Below, piece after piece: positions 60,165 through 64,000 of a stretch of 64,000 bases of DNA. The first letter of the stretch is position 1, and every line of letters begins with the position of its first letter. The position numbers and the translations under genes were made by a program. Under the pieces are notes generated by a model that did no database searches, had not been told where the DNA came from, and saw only the letters and a program-made list of their open reading frames with translations. Where the stretch lies: the NCBI GenBank assembly GCA_020184695.1, contig JAANOX010000036.1, positions 1-64,000 on the forward strand, read 5' to 3'. This DNA is from Histomonas meleagridis 2922-C6/04-290x (Eukaryota; Protista; Parabasalia).

Positions 60165-63100
60165 TTATTTTGTAAGTACCTCTTTGATCAACAAAAACAA
60201 TCCATTCATTCTATCGTTTTTGACTTCACTTTTCAGTTCATTTTCGCACATTTCGCATAAACCTTTCAATTCATCTTCAAACGGTTTCTTTGGTATATTG
60301 CAACTTTTCACCACTTCCAACACGTCAATAATTTCATTACAATATTTATCAAATTCCGAATTTCCTTCGAACTCCAACATTATATCCTTCATAATATTAA
60401 TATTTGTTAATACTTTTCTTTGAACGATTTCGATTATTTCTTTATTATCTTTGACTACTTCCATATATTTATTTAAGTATTTTATAACTATATTATATTT
60501 CCCATTAATTTCTTGATTAATTATTGAGTATGCGAAATTCTGTGAGAACAACATATTTTGACAATTTTCGCACAAAAATTCAAAGCTCAGTTCAAATGCG
60601 TTCAAATCATTCTGAGCCGATTCAATAAGTAATTCAATTGAGTCCATCGTCTTCTCAATCAGCAAATATTTTGTCAGATACAACCAGTCTCCTTTATAAT
60701 TATAAACTTTTTTGAACTCATCGAATTTCGGCTTATATTCATAAACTAAATTCCAAATATTCTCTCTACCAGTTTTAGTAATACCTGGTGAATTCAAAAG
60801 GGATATAATTTGCGAAATATTTTTCACGTTTGAAGTGTTTTCATTATATAAAAATGTTTTTTCTATTAATGTTCCTAATGAGAAATATTGTTTCTTGTTA
60901 ACAGCTGTCCATAAGTAATCCAAAATTGGTAATTTCTTATTAACGCATTCAAGGATTATTAAGACCGCCGATAAAAATGTATTTGCGCAATCGTATAAAT
61001 TATCTTTCACATAATTATATATTAAATCCGGCTTTTTACTTGTGAAATTCCATAAATATTTGGCAAAGATATTATACTGTAAAATAATAATTTGATTCGA
61101 TGTGAATATATAATAATCCAAAAAACTTAAAATGAATTCATCAGAAGGATTAAATGTTATTAACAAAGGTTCTAATATTTCGAAGAATCGAATTGATCTT
61201 GAAACGACATTACCTAAAGGCTTTAATTCCTTTGGGAATATTTTTACAATTAATTCGTTTGATAAGTTCATTTGAATTCTAAACATTGATATAATTAATT
61301 GCATAACATGATAATCGAAATCATTTGCAATTTTAATTAATTCATTCATAAAATTGATATAAATTTCATTAATGTTTGGTATCTTAACAATTACATTTAA
61401 TTTATCAATGACTTCAATCATTTGTACTCCTATCGCATGATTATAATCATTAACCTCTTTAATTTTTGTGATTTTCTCTATCAAATTAGGTATCTTATCA
61501 ATCAAATATATTAAAATGACGGATGAAATCGATTTAATCATTTCATCAACTTCTTTATATTCTAATTCTAATGAACCAAATGTTTTTATTAATTCATGTT
61601 CAGGGAACTTTGGTAAATTGGAAAATATTTCATTTTGGACTAAAAATGCTATTGCATATTCAGCAGCAATTCGACAATTTAATATATCATTAGTTAACAT
61701 ATTAAATAACCATTTCGAATAATTCTCTAATATTAATTGTCTTAAAGGTGTATGTTTAATCATTACACAAATTGCACAACATAAATCAAAATCATTAAAA
61801 CTTCGTTCTCCAATCATTAAATTAATATTTGGTATAATATCAAATGCATTTTCTCGGAAATAATTAAACAAAACTGAAATTAGTTTAAATGGCGGCGAAA
61901 ATATTCCATAATTTTGTGAATATTCAAGTAACTTTAAACTAACTTCTGATTGATTTTCAAATGTTTTTATTAAATTGATATATGAAAATATTGTTGTACG
62001 TGATTTTAGATAATGTAAAATGAATTCATTATCAATAAAATATTGTTGGAACTTTTGTGGTATTTTAATTACATAAAGTAAATCAAATAATCCATTAAAT
62101 GTTATTCGATTATAAAACTTTTCTTCGAATTTATCAGAGTTTTTACTTTCAATGTAATTAGGTATATCAATACATATTAATTTCGATATTATATATGAAA
62201 GATTATATTGATTTGCATATTGTAAATATTTTGTTGAATTCTTTAATATATATGAAATTAATGTAAATGTTTGATCAAATACTTGATAATAACTTATAAT
62301 AGTTTTTATCGAATTAAATAATCGTTTAATGAATTCAATTGGTAATAAATTACAATCAATTAATTCAATGATTTGTAATGATCCATTTCTTAAATCTAAT
62401 TCAGGTGAATATATTAATGAATATTCAAATGATCCATTTGTTAAATATTTAATTAAGAATTGTAATATTTGTGGGTTTTCTACAATTTTATTGATTAATT
62501 TATTCGAAAATTCTTTTGCTTTTTTAACATAATTAGTAAATGGATATGTATCAAAATAATAACTTAATGATATACATACAAATAAATTGTTTTTAGATTC
62601 GGCTAAATTATTCATAAACTTAGAATATGAACTTGAACAAAATAGTCGATATTCATCTTTCATATTTGATTCTTCATTAATTTCATCAATTAAATTATCC
62701 GGAATTTTAGGCTTTTTAATATTTAAGTTATTATTTAATGTATCAATTCGATCATAAAATAATATATAAGCAGAAGCAGATTTTGATTTCTTACCATATA
62801 TCATATTAAATATATCATTTAATTTCACTTCTGTTACATCATTATCATTATATAAATACCATTTTTCTGTTTTCGATTCTCTATCTTTAATAAATGATGT
62901 ATAATGTCCAAAATCTGCATTTCCAATATGCATTATAATTCCAGATAATTTATATTTCGTTTCTTGATTTTTATTACTTGTATAATCAATTAAATCTAAA
63001 TCAATTGGAAATTCAAATATCGAATTAACTTTAACTTTTCTAAATGTTTCATAATTATAATTAAATCGTGATAATTGGATAATTAAATAAGGTGGTAAAT

Positions 63101-64000
63101 TACCTAATGATATGAACTTTTTAGCATCAATATTCTTCTTTAATTCTTCTGAATGATATTGATTTTTACCAGTTAAAAAGTCCGGTTTTTGTATTTTATC
63201 AAACGCTTCTTTATAATAATTAATTCCTTGAATAGGTAATGTAAATGTATAAAATGGTTGTGTATTTTCTGTCGAGAACTTTTCTGTTATTCCTTCAATA
63301 TGATTTATCATTGTTCCTCTAAATAATGATTGAATAAATCCTTTTTGTAAAGAATTCTCAAATTTATCTAAAATGACTTCTAAAAATTCACATGCATCTT
63401 GTTGTTCATAAGGATTAATCGGTTCTCCATCCCAACCAACAAATTTCTCAACTAATAATTCTGGTGATGCTACTTGTCCATTCTTTAAATACATATGAGC
63501 AAATAAATTTTGTAATTCAAGAATTTCTTCACTATCTCCATCATATTCTAAAATAGTATTACGTAAAATTGGTATTGCATAAAATTGTTGTAAAGTAGAA
63601 TTTAAAAAACATGTTGCGCCTAAGTTTTCTAATCCTGATTTACCTGTAGGTGATATAATGATTGAATCTCCATCAATATTCCATTCATCATATGGCATTC
63701 GATTATTATGTATTTTACTTAAATGAATTAAAAGTATTTTATTTTGTAAATATGTTAAACATTTAATAGCTGAATCAAAACAATTTTTCTTTTTCTCACG
63801 TGAATCAATATTTAAATATCGATCAATTAATGAATTTGTAAAATAAATTTGATCTTCTTTAGTTATCATATTTAATTCAAGCATTTTAGATAAGATTTCT
63901 AATAATGCAGAGTTCTCGATTGATGATTCTTGTTTAATAATTTGTAATAATTCTTCCGAATATTTATCGATATGTGGAATCATTGAAATGAAATAATATT
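60165..64000 (-). CDS. Ubiquitin-specific protease (peptidase C19; USP9/24/34-like); probably extends past the window edge
   Basis: GLENLGATCFLNSTLQQF, QQDACEF and MHIGNADFGHY; the frame is open from 64000 to the ATG at 63983. Confidence 0.93.
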   Translation of the reverse strand, partial: YYFISMIPHIDKYSEELLQIIKQESSIENSALLEILSKMLELNMITKEDQIYFTNSLIDRYLNIDSREKKKNCFDSAIKCLTYLQNKILLIHLSKIHNNRMPYDEWNIDGDSIIISPTGKSGLENLGATCFLNSTLQQFYAIPILRNTILEYDGDSEEILELQNLFAHMYLKNGQVASPELLVEKFVGWDGEPINPYEQQDACEFLEVILDKFENSLQKGFIQSLFRGTMINHIEGITEKFSTENTQPFYTFTLPIQGINYYKEAFDKIQKPDFLTGKNQYHSEELKKNIDAKKFISLGNLPPYLIIQLSRFNYNYETFRKVKVNSIFEFPIDLDLIDYTSNKNQETKYKLSGIIMHIGNADFGHYTSFIKDRESKTEKWYLYNDNDVTEVKLNDIFNMIYGKKSKSASAYILFYDRIDTLNNNLNIKKPKIPDNLIDEINEESNMKDEYRLFCSSSYSKFMNNLAESKNNLFVCISLSYYFDTYPFTNYVKKAKEFSNKLINKIVENPQILQFLIKYLTNGSFEYSLIYSPELDLRNGSLQIIELIDCNLLPIEFIKRLFNSIKTIISYYQVFDQTFTLISYILKNSTKYLQYANQYNLSYIISKLICIDIPNYIESKNSDKFEEKFYNRITFNGLFDLLYVIKIPQKFQQYFIDNEFILHYLKSRTTIFSYINLIKTFENQSEVSLKLLEYSQNYGIFSPPFKLISVLFNYFRENAFDIIPNINLMIGERSFNDFDLCCAICVMIKHTPLRQLILENYSKWLFNMLTNDILNCRIAAEYAIAFLVQNEIFSNLPKFPEHELIKTFGSLELEYKEVDEMIKSISSVILIYLIDKIPNLIEKITKIKEVNDYNHAIGVQMIEVIDKLNVIVKIPNINEIYINFMNELIKIANDFDYHVMQLIISMFRIQMNLSNELIVKIFPKELKPLGNVVSRSIRFFEILEPLLITFNPSDEFILSFLDYYIFTSNQIIILQYNIFAKYLWNFTSKKPDLIYNYVKDNLYDCANTFLSAVLIILECVNKKLPILDYLWTAVNKKQYFSLGTLIEKTFLYNENTSNVKNISQIISLLNSPGITKTGRENIWNLVYEYKPKFDEFKKVYNYKGDWLYLTKYLLIEKTMDSIELLIESAQNDLNAFELSFEFLCENCQNMLFSQNFAYSIINQEINGKYNIVIKYLNKYMEVVKDNKEIIEIVQRKVLTNINIMKDIMLEFEGNSEFDKYCNEIIDVLEVVKSCNIPKKPFEDELKGLCEMCENELKSEVKNDRMNGLFLLIKEVLTK

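Overview
AT-rich eukaryotic nuclear DNA from a parabasalid (trichomonad-like) protist. This is supported by BspA-like LRR and DUF3447/ankyrin genes, M3/M5-type core promoter motifs and a Trichomonas-type GTATGT...CTAACACACAG intron; the species cannot be determined from the sequence. About 40 compact genes are present: RPL21, RPS2, RPS15A, RPL35A, RACK1, NOP2, CBP20, dynamin, synapsin-like, Vps33, Vps18, a TBC RabGAP, a USP, an NXF1/Mex67-like export factor and others. Positions 1-9571 form an imperfect fold-back palindrome centred on a perfect 18-bp hairpin at about 4380, beside a decayed IS630/Tc1 transposase; this may be an artefact or a hairpin end. The most striking feature is at 30728-32087 (minus strand): eight intact 90-nt ankyrin-repeat blocks separated by eight divergent spacers of exactly 80 nt. 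The spacers break the reading frame, lack consistent GT-AG splice signals, and each carries at a fixed position a Phe-Gly-containing mini-segment that encodes the residues missing from the ankyrin hairpin. A second locus (about 56960-57200) has the same 80-nt architecture. This suggests an undescribed non-canonical splicing or recoding system. Also found: a C/D snoRNA inside a canonical intron of an apparently non-coding host, and a 23-nt intron.
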